Origin: Guillardia theta CCMP2712
Taxonomy: Eukaryota; Protista; Cryptophyta
Assembly: GCF_000315625.1 (NCBI RefSeq)
Contig: NW_005434619.1
Coordinates: 465,810 to 514,055, forward strand
Length of the DNA: 48,246 nucleotides
Reading direction: 5' to 3'
The first letter of the stretch is position 1. Each line of letters opens with the position of its first letter. The position numbers and the translations under genes are program-made. The notes below the pieces were generated by a model, which had not been told where the DNA came from, did no database searches, and saw only the letters and a program-made list of their open reading frames with translations. This document shows, piece after piece, positions 1 to 12,965 of the stretch.

Positions 1-394
1 ACTCCTCCTCCTCCTCCTCCTCCTCGTCATCCTCCTCCTCCTCCTCCTCCTCCTCCTCCTCCTCCTCATCCTCCTCCTCCTCCTCATCATCATCTTGCAT
101 TATTAGCGCAGTTGCAACACAAAACGTTGGTCTGACTGTTGTCGGCAGGAAGGATAGGAATGCAGCACCGCCCTCCTTCTGGTATAGCCCGATGAACGAG
201 AGGTGAGGAGGAGGAGGGGGAGAAGAAGGATGAATGGAGTTCGAGGAGGAGGAGGCAGTTTGGAGAGAGAGGAAGCTGGAAGGAGTTTAGAGAGGGAGAA
301 AGAAAGAGAGCAGTGGATGTAAGTTGGACGTCCGGGGCGTCAAGGGGAGGGAGGAGGAGGAGGAGGAGGAGGAGGAGGAGGAGGAGGAGGAGGA
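1..394. repeat. (TCC)n and (GGA)n microsatellites
   Basis: TCC/TCA triplets at 1-92 and a GGA run at ~349-394. Confidence 0.9.
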
Positions 395-2131
395 GAAGCC
401 TTTCAGAGATCCCTCTCCCTCCTTCTGAACGTTTGCGAACAGGTCGAGCGAGTACGAGAGGATGGGCGTGAAGGACAAGATCATGATCTTCAAGGAGAGG
501 GAGGCGAAGAGCCAACAGCCCTTCCCTTCCTCCTCATCCTCATCCTCATCCTCCTCCTTTCCACCACACAAGGTCCTTCATGTAGCGTCATCCGTCCTCC
601 TGACGTCTCGCTAGCCCCCGTTGGAGGACGCAGCTGAGATTGGCCGTCACCCTCCCAGGAATGGAGGAGCAAGATCTCCAAGGTCAGGAGGAGGAGGAGG
701 AGCGCAAGCAGTAGCAGAATGGGGAAGCAGGGATAATGGAGCACGAGTATGAGCTGCGAGAACAGGAAGGAGAGGAGGAGCAAGGGGAAGGAGCAGGAGG
801 AAGATGGATCAGACTGTAGGAGGAAGAGGAGAGGCCTTGATATCTTATCTCAGGATGGCGCGTTCCCTTGCTACCTTGACAACCTCCGTCCCTGCTGCGG
901 GTTCAACCTCCCTTGGTGCTAGAATCGTTCCCTTCCCTGCCCACTCCCCCGCCCCAATATCTCCTCCTCCTTCTCCTCCTCCTTCTTCTCCTCCCTCCTC
1001 CTCCTCCTCCATCTCATGGTTTTTTATGCTTCCTTTCCTTCCCTCTCTTGCGTCTCCTTGCTTTCGTTTGATCCCTCCAACTTCTGATCGCTCCCCAGAA
1101 GTTACAGACGATTCGCAGCTCCCTCCTCCTCCTCCGTCACTTCGAGGTCGAAAATCTTCCTCTTCTTCCTCTTCCTCTTCCTCTCCCTCCTCCTCCTCCC
1201 CCTCACTCCTCCTCGTCCTCCCTTCATAGCCCGCGCCCTTCCCACCGCCTTACAAGCTTTCCAGCGCTCTCAATGCTGGAACTTGATCCCGCCCCAAGGT
1301 CAATCGTCGTGCATCCTCGACGCGAGCCGACTCGTCCTCCTCCTCTTCCTCCCTCCGCCATGCTTGGTATCTTATTGCTCCTTCCTCCATGGCGCTGATA
1401 CCAGGCAGACGGCTCAGGTGCCGGTAGGAGGCGCAGGGGAGCAGGAGCAGTAGGAGGGAGGCGGGAAAGAAGTGCAGTGTTTTCCTCCGACTCCTCCGAC
1501 TCAGAAAAAGATTTTCGATCCTCCAAGTCTCTCGTCGCGACTCCATCCATAGCAAGTATGCCTTCTCATCCTCCTCCCTGCCTCCTCCCTCCTCCTCTTC
1601 CTCTCCCATCTCTTTCTGCCTCTAACACCTACGAAGGAACAGGAGCGGTCACTCCCTCGCAGCAGGAGGAAGCTTCGCTTTCATCGAGAAAACGAGCAGG
1701 TCGGAGAGTAGATCGGGTCGAAGAGACCCTCCCTCCGATGAGGGGGAGGAGGAGAGGGGGTGTGGTGGGAGTTTGAGTTCTGAGACTGAGTGAGAGCAGA
1801 GGAACTCGCATGGATGATTACCTCTGGTGGTCGCAGAATAAGCGGCGGCAGGCACATACGAAAGGTTCTCCTGCTCCTCCCTACCTCCCACAAACCACCT
1901 CCACGATCTACTCTCCTCCTTCCGTCCACTCCATCCCATCCTCCCTTCTCTCCTTATCTTGCTCCCATCCTCTTTCCGCCCCCTCCCACCCCTATCCTCC
2001 TCTCTCCCTCCCTCCCCCACTTCTATCCTCCCCTCCTCCTCTCCTCTCCTCTCCTCTCCCCTCCCCTCCCCTCCCCTCCCTCTGACTTGATTCCGAAGGC
2101 CAATGGTCTTGACAGCGACGAATCGTTTTGA
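1..2131 (+). CDS. 3' part of a multi-exon low-complexity hypothetical protein (5' end outside window)
   Basis: Plus-strand GT..AG introns with ctgac-type branch points (e.g. ~572-614) join exons such as SSEYERMGVKDKIMIFKEREAKSQQP|PPLEDAAEIGRHPP. A probable last exon lies near 2099-2131. No recognisable domain. Confidence 0.4.
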
Positions 2132-2447
2132 CGAGAACTTTCAAAGGCAACTCGGCGTGAAGAAATTCAAACGAGAGATTTCAAATATATTACAAAGAAA
2201 TCGCGCTTAAAGACGAAATTCATCCAACTTGACATCTCACACAATTCACACTAAAATACAACAGAACAAATCAAACCATCTCCACACCCTCCTCCTCCTC
2301 CTCCTCCTCCTCCTCCTCCTCGTCTTTCCCCCCCTTCCCTCAACCTCCTCCCTCCCTGCCCAGCATGTCTCCCTCCTTTCGTCCTCGCCTCCCCCTGATC
2401 CTCCTGGTTTTAACACTCCTGCTTCGCCACCAACGCAGAGCTCACAA

Positions 2448-3257
2448 TCAATCTGAATCCTCAGGTTCCTCCATGAGACTCAAACGCTGCTGCTGTACCT
2501 CCTCCCCCTCCTCCCCCTCCTCCGCTTCCTCCTCCATCCCTTCCTCTTGCTGCTGCCTTCCCTCCTGTTCCTCTTCATCCAACTTTCGCTCCATCCACTT
2601 CCGTTTCATGCAGATGGTCCTGCTGCAGCAGTCACAGAGGTTGAATCGCTCCTGTGCAAGCCCTCGCTGGAGGTAGGCGACGATTGCAGCAGGGCCCAAC
2701 CGAACAATCTCGGGGGGAGGAAGCTGAAGAAGAAGTCAGAGGGTGGACATAGCATGGGGAGGGGGGAAGAAAGTGAAGAGATAGGAGGAGAGGAGGACGG
2801 AAACAAGGTGAAGGGGGAGAGGAGATGGGAAGGGCTGGCACCTGTAGCGTATCATTGTTGAAGACGAGGATGCGTTGAAGGCGTGGAGGACAAGCTAGCA
2901 AGTTTGGTAGCACTGTGATCTGATTTCGAGAAAGATTGATCTCCTCCAGCGTTGTGCTTGTCCTGCTTGCCGTTCAGGTATGCAGGGATAGAGGGAGGGA
3001 GGAGGATCAAGAGGCTGTAAGAGACGGAGGAAGGTACGAAGGGAGAGCGGAGAGGAGGACGAGGGTGAGCTGGCAAGAGAAGGAGGGAGTAGGAGCAAGG
3101 GAGGAGCATGACCTCAGAGCTTTTGCAAGGTCGAAAAGGCCGGCAGAGGTGATGCGGTTCCCGCTCAGATTCAATCTCCGCAGCCCCAGCAGAAGGTTCG
3201 GCCTGTCCCGTGCGAATATCTTGCATCCCTGTTCCATGTCTGAGCCTGTTGTAACCC

Positions 3258-3348
<91 letters not shown>

Positions 3349-5754
3349 TCCTCCCCCCCACCCTCCAACAACAATGCCCCGCTCTGTCTACCACCACCTT
3401 TTTCCTCACATCTGCTCCACTTCCTCCTTCACCTCACCTCATCGCCAATGTCATTGTCAGACAAGTCAAGAGCGCCTTCTTCGTCTGGCTCAAGAACAGG
3501 CAGCAGAGAACGTAGCCCCTGCCATCATCGTTAGCGAGCCCCTCCAGCTCATCTCCTCTACCCTCCTCTTCTCTCCCTCTCCTGCTCTCCCTCCCTTCTC
3601 TCCCTCCCCTTCTCTCCCTCCCCTTCACTTCTCTCCTCTTCTCTCCCTCTCCTTCACTTCACTCATCTTCTCTCCCTCCCCTTCACTTCTCTCCTCTCCC
3701 ATCGTCTCCCCTTCTCTCCCTCCCCTTCTCTCCCTCCCCTTCACTTCACTCCTCTTCTCTCCCTCCCCTTCACTTCACTCCTCTTCTCTCCCTCCCCTTC
3801 ACTTCACTCCTCTTCTCTCTACTTCTCTATCGTCATTCACTTACCACCATCCCGACGGCGTTCCCTCTGATGTGAAGGACCTGCTTCTTACTTCCCCAGT
3901 TCAAGTTCAGCAGAGCCTCTGACAAGTTCGACGCGCCATCGTTCGAGAGCTTGTTGCAGCTCAGGTCTAGCTCGCTCAGTCTGAAGCCTTCTCCCCTGCC
4001 CCAGCGTTACCCAGACAGCGAGCCGGAGTCTTGTAGTCACCTTGTGGAGGCAGGCATTAGGAGGATGCTGTTGCCTCTGAGATCGTTCCAGTCCAGCCTG
4101 AGGGACTGCAACGTGCTGTTGTACCCAAGAGCCCATCCGAACTGAGAAAACACGTCACAATTTTGTCTCTCCCGTCTGCTGCCTTGCTGTTATCCCAGCC
4201 CTCTCTTTCCCAATCCCCCTCCTCCTCCCTCCTTTCTCTCTCTCGTCACCCACTTTTCCACTCCTCCTCCTTTCTCCTCGCTGTACTTACATTCTGCGCT
4301 CCTCCCATCCCAATCGAGTTCAGGCCTAGATCAAGCGACTGCAAGCAAGTGTTCTTCCACAGGCTGCGGGAAATGCTGGTCGCACCCTGCCATGCCAGTC
4401 AACGTCCACCTGAACTTCCAGTACGCACGGCCTCGTCACCTCAGCAGCAACTTCGTTCCTCCTCAGGCCAAGGTGGGTGAGCGAATTCATCCTCGTCAGT
4501 GCCGCTGACAGGAGGGAGCACCCGTGGCAACGGATCAAGTTGTATCCGAGCTCTAGCTCCCTTAGCGCCGTGCATTGATCGAGGAATTCAGTCAGGATCA
4601 TCGCTCCCTACGGCAGCGGATCAGATGCAACAGCGCGCAAGTCAGATTATCACTTGAGGACGGATGTAGTTCATGGCAAGACGAAGGCAGACAAGCGAGG
4701 TGTTGGTGAGGAGACCCGGAGACAAAGCGCTCAAGCCTGCTCGACGTCACAGCACGAACAGCAAAAAAACAAATATCACCATCATTTCGAATCTCGTTAG
4801 ATGAAAGGTTCAAATATTTGATCGCGCATTTGCTGGTAGCTTTTAGAGGAAATGAAAGAGCTGTGCAGCCTTCTGTACCTGCACGTGGGATCAGCCAAGT
4901 TGAGAAAGACAAGAGAGTATGCAGAAGACAACGAAGCAGAGAGAACGAAACGAGAGCAGAGATTCTTTGACCTCAAGGCAGGAGACTTACCGATCGAGTT
5001 GTCCCCTAGGTCCAGGCTCGTTATGCTGCATCCAGCCTCCATGCCAACAGCAAGAGCTCGAGCTCCCGAGGGACCAATCTTACAGCCTCGAAGTGTCAGG
5101 GTCTGTAGACTTGTTGCGGTAGACATGTTCTGATGTTCAGTCAGGACCAGGGACTCTGCAAACAAGGCAGCCAAACCGCAAATATCTTTAAGACTCCCGA
5201 TGCACGGAGGGAAGTCGTGCCCACTAAGTCCAGCTCTTGTAGATTACAACAACGAATCACTTCCGAGATCTTCTGTGCCCTTGAGCTATCATCAAGTCAA
5301 CCGTGACGAAATAAGAAAAGAAATGTATTTCAAATGATGGAACGAAATTTGCGTTCGTTGCAACATTATTTCAAGATTTACCTGAATATCCGATAAGGAA
5401 ACCCCCACGACAAGGATTTCAGCCTCAGAATTCCTTCATTGGATAACTTGATCAATTTCTTGGAATTCAAGCTTCTGCAAGAACGCAAAGGACGGCTCAG
5501 TCGAACCAAGACTGAACCATTACAGGATACCTTCCAAATTTCATGCCAGAGATCACCAGTGGCCCAGCAAAAATAGGCAAGAGATTATCACAAATTTTTC
5601 TGCCGCTCCACAGTGCGGATATTTCCCCTGGATTGATAGTGAGAAGAGAGTCGGAGGGAACAAGCTCCGTACCGAGATCAATCTTGTAGATGTATCTGCA
5701 TGCTTCCCTAAACAATCTGTTCGTCATGCGCGCCTGTCGAGGTCTCAGTGTCAT
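2448..5754 (-). CDS. Ribonuclease-inhibitor-type (LRR_RI/NLRC3-like) leucine-rich repeat protein, multi-exon
   Basis: Exons encode LQTLTLRGCKIGPSGARALA, ITSLDLGDNSIG, IKYLNLSSNEIRNDG, LRELELGYNLIRCHG, LTHLGLRRNEV and LRRLNLSGNRITSAG, matching LxxLxLxxNxIxxxG. The acidic C-terminus ends ...MEEPEDSD* at 2448. The start is uncertain (5727 or 5754). Confidence 0.85.
3258..3347. repeat. (CTGCTC)n hexanucleotide microsatellite, intronic in the LRR gene
   Basis: About 15 perfect CTGCTC units. They explain the spurious CSCSCS, AGAGAG and RSRSRS ORFs. Confidence 0.9.
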
Positions 5755-5959
5755 AAGTGCACTTGGGATGCAGCAAAACTGACTATCATCAAGTTGCGAA
5801 ATGGCAAATACTCCAGCAGAAGCGCGAGCTCAGACGGTCGGAACTGCATGAACTCCGAGCATCTTCGGGAGGGGAAAGGATTGACGCACACTTCACTCCA
5901 ATCACCCTTTCGAGGTCTCTTTGAGCTCGTGCTCCAATGGAACCCATTCTGGCACAGAC

Positions 5960-6365
5960 AGTCAGCGCTGTGAATCGACCTTTACTTTCCTCTACCTCCT
6001 GATGGAGGCCATCGAAGTCACAGCCTGCGCAAGCTATCGACCCGATCTGCAGGCAAGGCGAGAGAGAGACAGGAGAGAGCGGAAATGACAAGATCTCTGG
6101 TGACAGTGGGGCAAGAGACGAGCGCATACGCTCCCTTCCCCTGGAAGTTTCAGGGAGATCCCTGCCCTCTCGCCCATCCCATTCTTCAGCAGACTGATCT
6201 ACTTCGAGCTGAGCAAATTCTTCGATGGAGCTCCTCTCATAACAATGCGAAGAAGTGTTGGAAACATGCATGATCCTCGACTCCTCACGATTCAAGATAT
6301 TCTGAGCATCGATTTGACCGCAAGCCACTTCAAGTCATCAAACCGTTGCCTGCAGCAGACAGGTA
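5960..6365 (+). CDS. Possible exons of a small hypothetical protein
   Basis: Protein-like segments (TFLYLLMEAIEVTACASYRPDLQ; PIPFFSRLIYFELSKFFDGAPLITMRR) flanked by candidate splice sites (gcaagg donor ~6053, gtaagt donor ~6363). No homology recognised. Confidence 0.25.
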
Positions 6366-7429
6366 AGTGAGATGAAACGAAGTCTCTTGATGACGGTAAG
6401 ATATGGAGACATACATGTTCAATCATGTTTGCTTTCAAGGCTGGTAAGATCCTCTACACCAGCCTGTGCATAGCATCCTACCACTCGAATTCTACTAATC
6501 AATCTATTACCCAACAAAAGCATTCTCGCCGTCACCACTTTCTTCATCCAACACCTTGTCTCGTTCATTTGCTTTCTGTCTCTCTCGATGTATCCTCCCT
6601 CCTCTCTCTGCTCCTCTGCTCCATTTCGAGATTTTCACCTTGCTCTGTTCGATCATCTTTCTCAAGCCAGCTTGTCCCCCTGCCCCTCCCAACCTTCTCA
6701 TCATCATTCCTTTCCATGCTCACACTCATTTCCTGCGCTTCTAAACACCAAACAAGATCTCTCAAACTTTCTCTTCTGCTTGCTTGTTTTTCTCTTTTTC
6801 TTCTCTTCTTCTCTCATTTCTCCCTCTCATCCAATTGTCCATGGCCTGCTTATGTTCATTCAGCACATTTTGGTTTTATCAAATCGGTCTTATCAGGCCT
6901 AGGTCAAAGGGGTCCTAGCTGTCATATGGCTGCAGGGACACGGGGGGGTGAGGGGGGGTGCAAAGCGGAGGGGTGGGGGGTACTCTGGAGGGGTACGTCA
7001 ATGCAATCCAAGGAGTATCAAAGGATGGGGTACGGTGAAGAACAATGGAGACGGGGGTAGTGGGTTTCTAGAGGTGGGGGTTAATATACCAGGGGTAGTA
7101 GGAATATGAGGACAAACAACAATATGGAGGGGTAGGTGGAGGTCCTTGTTGGTAGGGGTAGAGAATTTTCATAGCAGCTGGGTGACCAGGGGTGGTACCC
7201 AAACAGTACTGGTGGGGTCCATATTTAAAAAGTTTTCGGCTTTATCTTTAGAACAGGTCCCACATTGGATCCAAACTTGGATCTTTATCGTTTAAATTTG
7301 GGAGGATTCTCTAGAATATTTCATCTCTGTTGTCATATTGGCGGTGAAGGAGGCGATTTTGTTGGTAGGGCTATTTACGAAACGATGCTTTTAAAAATAG
7401 TTGTAGAGGGCATTATTTTTGTGTGAAGA

Positions 7430-8118
7430 TTTGATAATCGTTGTGATCGACAATCACTTGCGACAGATTCGCTTGCGGGAGATGTTGCGAGAGAATGATT
7501 GTGTTCTCTGTGTTGAAGTATCTATCTGGCAGTTGAGAGATAGCACAGAGAAGAGGTTGGCATTGAATGAGTCTGGACACGTGAATGTCCAAGTTTGAAG
7601 CTTTGACCAACGAAAGGTTAACGGATGCAGCATCGAAACGAGACTTGTTTGAAAAGTGAGTACCAAACTTACTTTGAAAGAAATGCACGAAGATTGCAAT
7701 CCAAGAAATGCTTGACGAGTCCTCCTGGATACCTGCAGGGAGAAATTCAGCACAGAGCGATGGGGTACTGATTCTTGCTCCTTACCCGACGGAACAACAA
7801 GATCCTGTCAGATGGTGTCATCAATTTGACCAGACTATTATGCTCGATCAGATCGCTCAGGTGTACATCTGGCACGCTGGATTTGAAAGTGGCAATCCGA
7901 GGAGGATGGCAAGGACGCTAACGATCGGGGGCACACAATATACAATGCATAGCACCGTTCTCTGTCCCTTGGTATTGAGAAAGAATGTTCAGTGCAGCAT
8001 TGATGTCACGAGACACTATGCGAGTTTTGAAACACTTGGTGGACTCACACCATTTCAACCATCACACCGCCCGTCTCTTGAGATGAAATACACTGCCCCT
8101 GAGGATCCGGACGTCTGA
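7430..8118 (+). CDS. Hypothetical protein, multi-exon
   Basis: Exons HLRQIRLREMLRENDCVLCVEVSIWQL...NVQ and ASKRDLFEK splice into the 7708-8118 ORF, which ends EDPDV*. The start is not resolved. Confidence 0.5.
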
Positions 8119-8200
8119 AATTTTATAATTTTGTACCACATCGATGACAGTCCGCTGTCGTATGTCTTTCATCAACATAAAAAATGCACATCAGCACGGT

Positions 8201-8826
8201 AGCTTCATGATAGCTTCACGATATTAGCTTCACGATATTAGCTTCACGATATTATCTTCACGATATTATCTTCACGATATTATCTTCACGATATTATCTT
8301 CACGATATTATCTTCACGATATTTTGTTTACGATATTATCTTCACACGATATTAGCTTCACGATATTAGCTTCACAATATTAGCTTCACAATTGTTCTAT
8401 TATTTTCACGATATTCGGTTCACAGTAGCGTCACTATAGCTTCAGGATATTAGCTTAACAATTGTTGCACGACATTAGCTTCAGGATATTCGCTTCATGA
8501 TATTTGCTTCTAGATATTAGCTTCTAGATATTAGCTTCACGACGTCAGCTTCATGATACCTTCATGATACCTTCATGATACCTTTATGATACCTTCATGA
8601 TACCTTCATGATACCTTCGTGATACCTTCGTGATACCTTCATGATACCTTCATGATACCTTCATGATACCTTCATGATACCTTCATGATACCTTCATGAT
8701 AGCTTCATGATAGCTTCATGATAGCTTCACGATATTATTTTAAGGATATTAGCTTCATGATAGCTTCGTGATAGCTTCGTGATAGCTTCATGATAGCTTC
8801 ACGGTATTCGCTTGGACTTCACGGTA
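8201..8826. repeat. Compound minisatellite of 14-bp (CTTCACGATATTAG/T) and 11-bp (CTTCATGATAC/G) units
   Basis: Directly visible tandem units sharing a CTTCAYGATA core. Confidence 0.95.
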
Positions 8827-9008
8827 CCCTAGCATATCATCGCTACAGAAGAGCCATAAAAATCTCAATAGACTCTCCCAGGAGTGAGTTTGGAGAGTCA
8901 AGGATGTGTCAAGTACGATCCTCTGCGGTTCATAAGCTGTTTCCTATCCAAAGGCAAAAACGAAGTTAAAAGAATTCTACTTTGTTTCATTGACATTCAA
9001 ATTACAGA

Positions 9009-12000
9009 CTACACATCATTTACATTTTGTAAGTACTCGTCGGCTGCCTTGGAGTAATCGTATGCCCCTGTCTTTGCCGCTACATTGTGCTTCCCACTGC
9101 ACATGGCGTCGCCCCACACGCTGTATCCTGCCCAGAAGTAGGGGGAGGCGAAAGGCCTCGGAAGACTGTCCGGGTTGGAGGAGCGAGAGACTTCCTCGAA
9201 GCGTCGGACCTTCTCGTGCCACGTCATCGACTTAAGCTCGTCTGGGAAGCCCCTGAGGTACTCGAGCTCGGTCGCGTTCCTTAGCCACATCTGCACAGGA
9301 GGGTCAGCCACCGACGCCCTTCCCCTCCCTCTCACTCCACCTGCGTGTCTCGCAGAGCCGACGCCACGTCCTGACCTCCGTGAATCAGCCTGTCGTAGAA
9401 GGCGTGCCAGAAGATGGCGCGGCACTCGTGGTCCACTACCCAGTACGAGGCGACGACGCAGTTCGATCCAGCGATCAAGAAGCCGAGGGGCCATGCGACG
9501 GTTGAGATGTCGGGGGAGCTTGACAGGGAGCTCGGGTCAGGAAGATTGCTCTGCAAGCTTGTCAGGGCGCTGAAAGAAGCAGATGACGACCTGTTACCTG
9601 TCGATTGGATGCCAGCACGACTACTCTACACACTGGAAGCTCCCAAGCAGATATCTTGTCTCCTCCAAGAACTTCTCCGTCTGCCATGGGGATGACCAGG
9701 CTCGAGGAGCTGCTGAATTTGCTTTGAGAGCGACAGCTGAAGTGTAAGACGTCGGCGTTGCTTGACGAGACGTTTACAACCTTGACTTCGTTGCTCTTCA
9801 TCCTGTGAAGATCCTCGTTGATCTTGGAAGAATGAGCTTCAATGTCGCTGATCACTCGCATCTTCCGGAAACACGACTTGAGTGCTTTCCACTCGTTCTC
9901 GATGTTGGAGCAGGCTTGCCCGTCGCGCGGTTTGCCGATCGCAAGCACCTTGAGCATCGGGGCGAACCTCATGTTGATATCCCTGTGCTGCGACCACGAG
10001 AGGTACTTGATGCAAGGCGAGTAGGCGATGCCAAGAGGAAAGCGATCAAGCATGCAGACTGGGTCCTCCGCTTCCTCCTGTCTGTCCAGAGGCAGAGCGT
10101 GGAGGGGGACGTGGGCCAGACGACCCTCAGGGATGAGGATCAGTCGTTTGACGCGCGGTGACACCATCTTGACAAGGCTCTTGACTCTCAGGGCATGACT
10201 GAGCTCTGCCAGCTTGTCGTTGCGGTTGAAGCTGTCTCCCTCGATGCTGAGGTTCTCCAGACATCGATCGATCTTCTCGACTTCAGCCTCACTATAGCAC
10301 AAGACGCGGGGACAGTCCTCCTTCCACTCCTTGAAGAACACAAACCCCATCTTGTCTCCGAAGTACCATTCCACTATCGCTGTCTCGTAGTGTTCCACCG
10401 GATCACTCATCCACAGGCAAGGGTGCTCATCCTCCAGAGGTGAAAAGAATCTCAACATTGAGGCTTTTCCATCCTTGGACTGCATTGCGACCTTCTCCCG
10501 CATCGACAACAGCTGCATTGCATACTTGAAGAGTGCTTCTTCCTTCTTGAGCGACGAGATGCTGTCGCCTTCAGATTCTCTCTGCAGTCTTTCTACCTTT
10601 CGCTGCATCTTCTCGTATGAACTTCGCATCTTCTCACTCAAGTTGTTCACAACACAACCTCTGCTTGCCTCGCTGAGCAGCAGCTGACCAAATGAGTACC
10701 CATGACTCCTCTCGGCGTATGAGAGGGCCTGCGCCGGTTTTCCCAGTAGCAAACAAGTTTTGACGCACCCGGTGAAGGCAGATTTCAAGGTGTTCCATAC
10801 TGTAGTTTGAAATCTTCTCGATCCACCTGAAGACCCCAACATAACCGATGCCAACGTTTCACAGACTCCTAGCGCGCTTTCAAATCTTTCCTGCGCATCT
10901 TGAATCCCCTTTTTGTTGTCGACATCTACTGATCGAAGACATATCATCGTCGAGTCCCCAAAGCTCAGCAGCCGAAGTTTTGCTTCAGAGTACTTCACTT
11001 GCGTCTTTGCATACTGCAGAGGAAAAGTCTCATAAGAGAATACATCCAGAGCCTTCGAGTAATGATCGATTGCCGTCTCGAGTTCGCCGTCGGTGTTTTC
11101 TTTCAAGCTCCTCATTGCGAAAGCATCCGCCATGTTCAGGTGGATCTCTGCTTCAAGGCACATGAGTGAAACCCGCTCCTCTCCAACAAGCCTTGGCAAG
11201 TTGGAATTTGCCAGCGTCAAGTAATCGGTCGCTTCCTTGTAACAGCCTGCGTAAGGGATTAGGACGCATCAAGTCAAGACAAGATAGAATACCTGCAGCA
11301 AGAAACACCTTGCCAATCTCGAGGAGAGCAGATACGAAGTCTTTCGGAGCTGCATCAGCTGTGTACAACTCGAAGGCTTTACAGAGATAATCTGCTGACA
11401 TCAACCAGGTCTTGGGATTGTTTTCCTTCGTTGCAGCGTGTTTGTAATATTCACCGAGCCCCACATATGCAGCCTGCAACTGCCGAGTGTTGTGATCTTT
11501 CTTGTCGATTCCTACAATGGCTTTTTGAAAGTAGTTTTCACACTGATCTTCGAGCTCTGATTCTTCTTCTAAATGTGACAGTGATGACAGGCAATAGAGA
11601 TATGAATATCCTAGACAGAGTTGGATGCTTGCTTTTTCTTGGTATAAGTAATCAAGCTTATTGAGAGCTTTCCATCCTTCAATTGCGATGCGCAAGAACA
11701 AAAATCGATTATTCAGTCTCGTCGCACGGAAGCAGGAAGAGCATATTCGATTGACCTTCGCTATCTTTGAGTTACAAGCACCGAGTGACTGAGCGATTCC
11801 TCGTGCAAGTTTGTCCTCTACTGCCTTTGTGCTCAACATCATAGGACTGTTGTTTCCAGAGTCACCGTTGCTCGAAAAATCGGGTGAAGCATCATCGATG
11901 TCTTGGAAGCCATGCGAAGAACGCTCTAACTCCACGAGCAGACTCTCTTCGTTGCAGCCGGCCATAGCAGAAGTCCAGCTTCTCAACACTGTAGAATGAT

Positions 12001-12965
12001 ACTTTGGCAGGAGAAGTGAGTCCCATCTCTTTAACACTGCCAGGACGTGATTCGAGTTGCACGAGAGCAAATTCTTGATGAAGGCGTTGCTCAGAGCTGT
12101 TTTGTTCTGGTACATCTTGAACAAATCATCAGAGCACAGCGTTGAAATTCTAGGATGATCCCGGAATAATTCTGTTATTTTGTCCATCAAGTTTCTCACA
12201 GTCTGAAAATCATTGATAAAAGCACTGATCTGATATTTCCTCTCGAACCCGTCGAGAAGTTGAGGAAACTTTTCGATGCAAGTTTCGGCATCAACCATTG
12301 CCAAGTGAATATCCCCCAGTTGCTGAAAGGCCCTAAGACATGGGAATCAGATCCATTCAAGGCAAGACAGGAGACTGAAATACCTGCTACGAGCACACAA
12401 GAACCAAGCTGGCTCAGAAGTATCTTCAAGTACCCCAGTCACGAAAGTAATCGCTGCTTCGGCCTTTCCCATCTTCAGTTTGTGCGTTGCAAACTCTTTC
12501 TGGAGGGCTAGTTTGACGTCTTTCAAAACATCCTGTACCGCTTCTTCCTCTTCAGCATCGAATACCTTAAGGGCGTCGCTGAATTTATTCGTTCCTTCAA
12601 TTCTCAACATCAGTCGACATCAAAAGCATAAAGCACAAACTTACTCAGTTCATCTTGAAAAGACTGCAGGTAGTTGGACACCACTGCCTTGCTCCTCCTC
12701 TTGATGACATCATCTAACTTTCTCTCGAATAGCAGTTGCTCAACAAACAAAAGCTCATCATTTTGATTGTTTGAGTTGACATCCGACAGGCTGCTCTGTA
12801 CTGACACATCGTCCGATGAATCATCTTCTTGGAAACATGAAACACTGTATCTGCATCGTCGAGCTCTTGAATGTCACCAGGTATCGAAAATTTGCGGTTG
12901 CCATATTCGGCCTGCAAATTTTGTAATGACGCTTCGTTGAAATAGCTGTTGTTGATATCTTCCAT
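9009..12965 (-). CDS. TPR + CHAT (caspase HetF associated with TPRs) domain protein, predicted catalytically inactive
   Basis: Spliced product has TPR-like units (LETAIDHYSKALDVFSYETFPLQYAKTQ; AFELYTADAAPKDF) and CHAT motifs RLILIPEGRLAHVPLHALP, ADVLHFSCRS, CRVVVLASN, GFLIAGSNCVVASYWVVD, ASALRDTQMWLRN and PFASPYFWAGYSVWG. Introns lie near 12593-12642, 12332-12382, 11247-11292, 9551-9597 and 9292-9340. The 5' end is approximate. Confidence 0.9.

Noticed and set aside
2852-3922. ORFs of 328 aa (+) and 185 aa (-) with CS/AG repeats
   Set aside because: They arise from intronic microsatellites and pyrimidine tracts of the minus-strand LRR gene.
11153-11292. Apparent frameshift or two-gene split in the TPR-CHAT locus
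   Set aside because: A ~46-nt GT-AG intron resolves it and gives the continuous FLAAG|CYKEATDYLTLAN.
2448-12965. LRR + CHAT as an NLR/caspase-like immune cluster
   Set aside because: No NACHT or NB-ARC domain is seen, unrelated genes and a satellite intervene, and adjacency in a eukaryotic genome is weak evidence.
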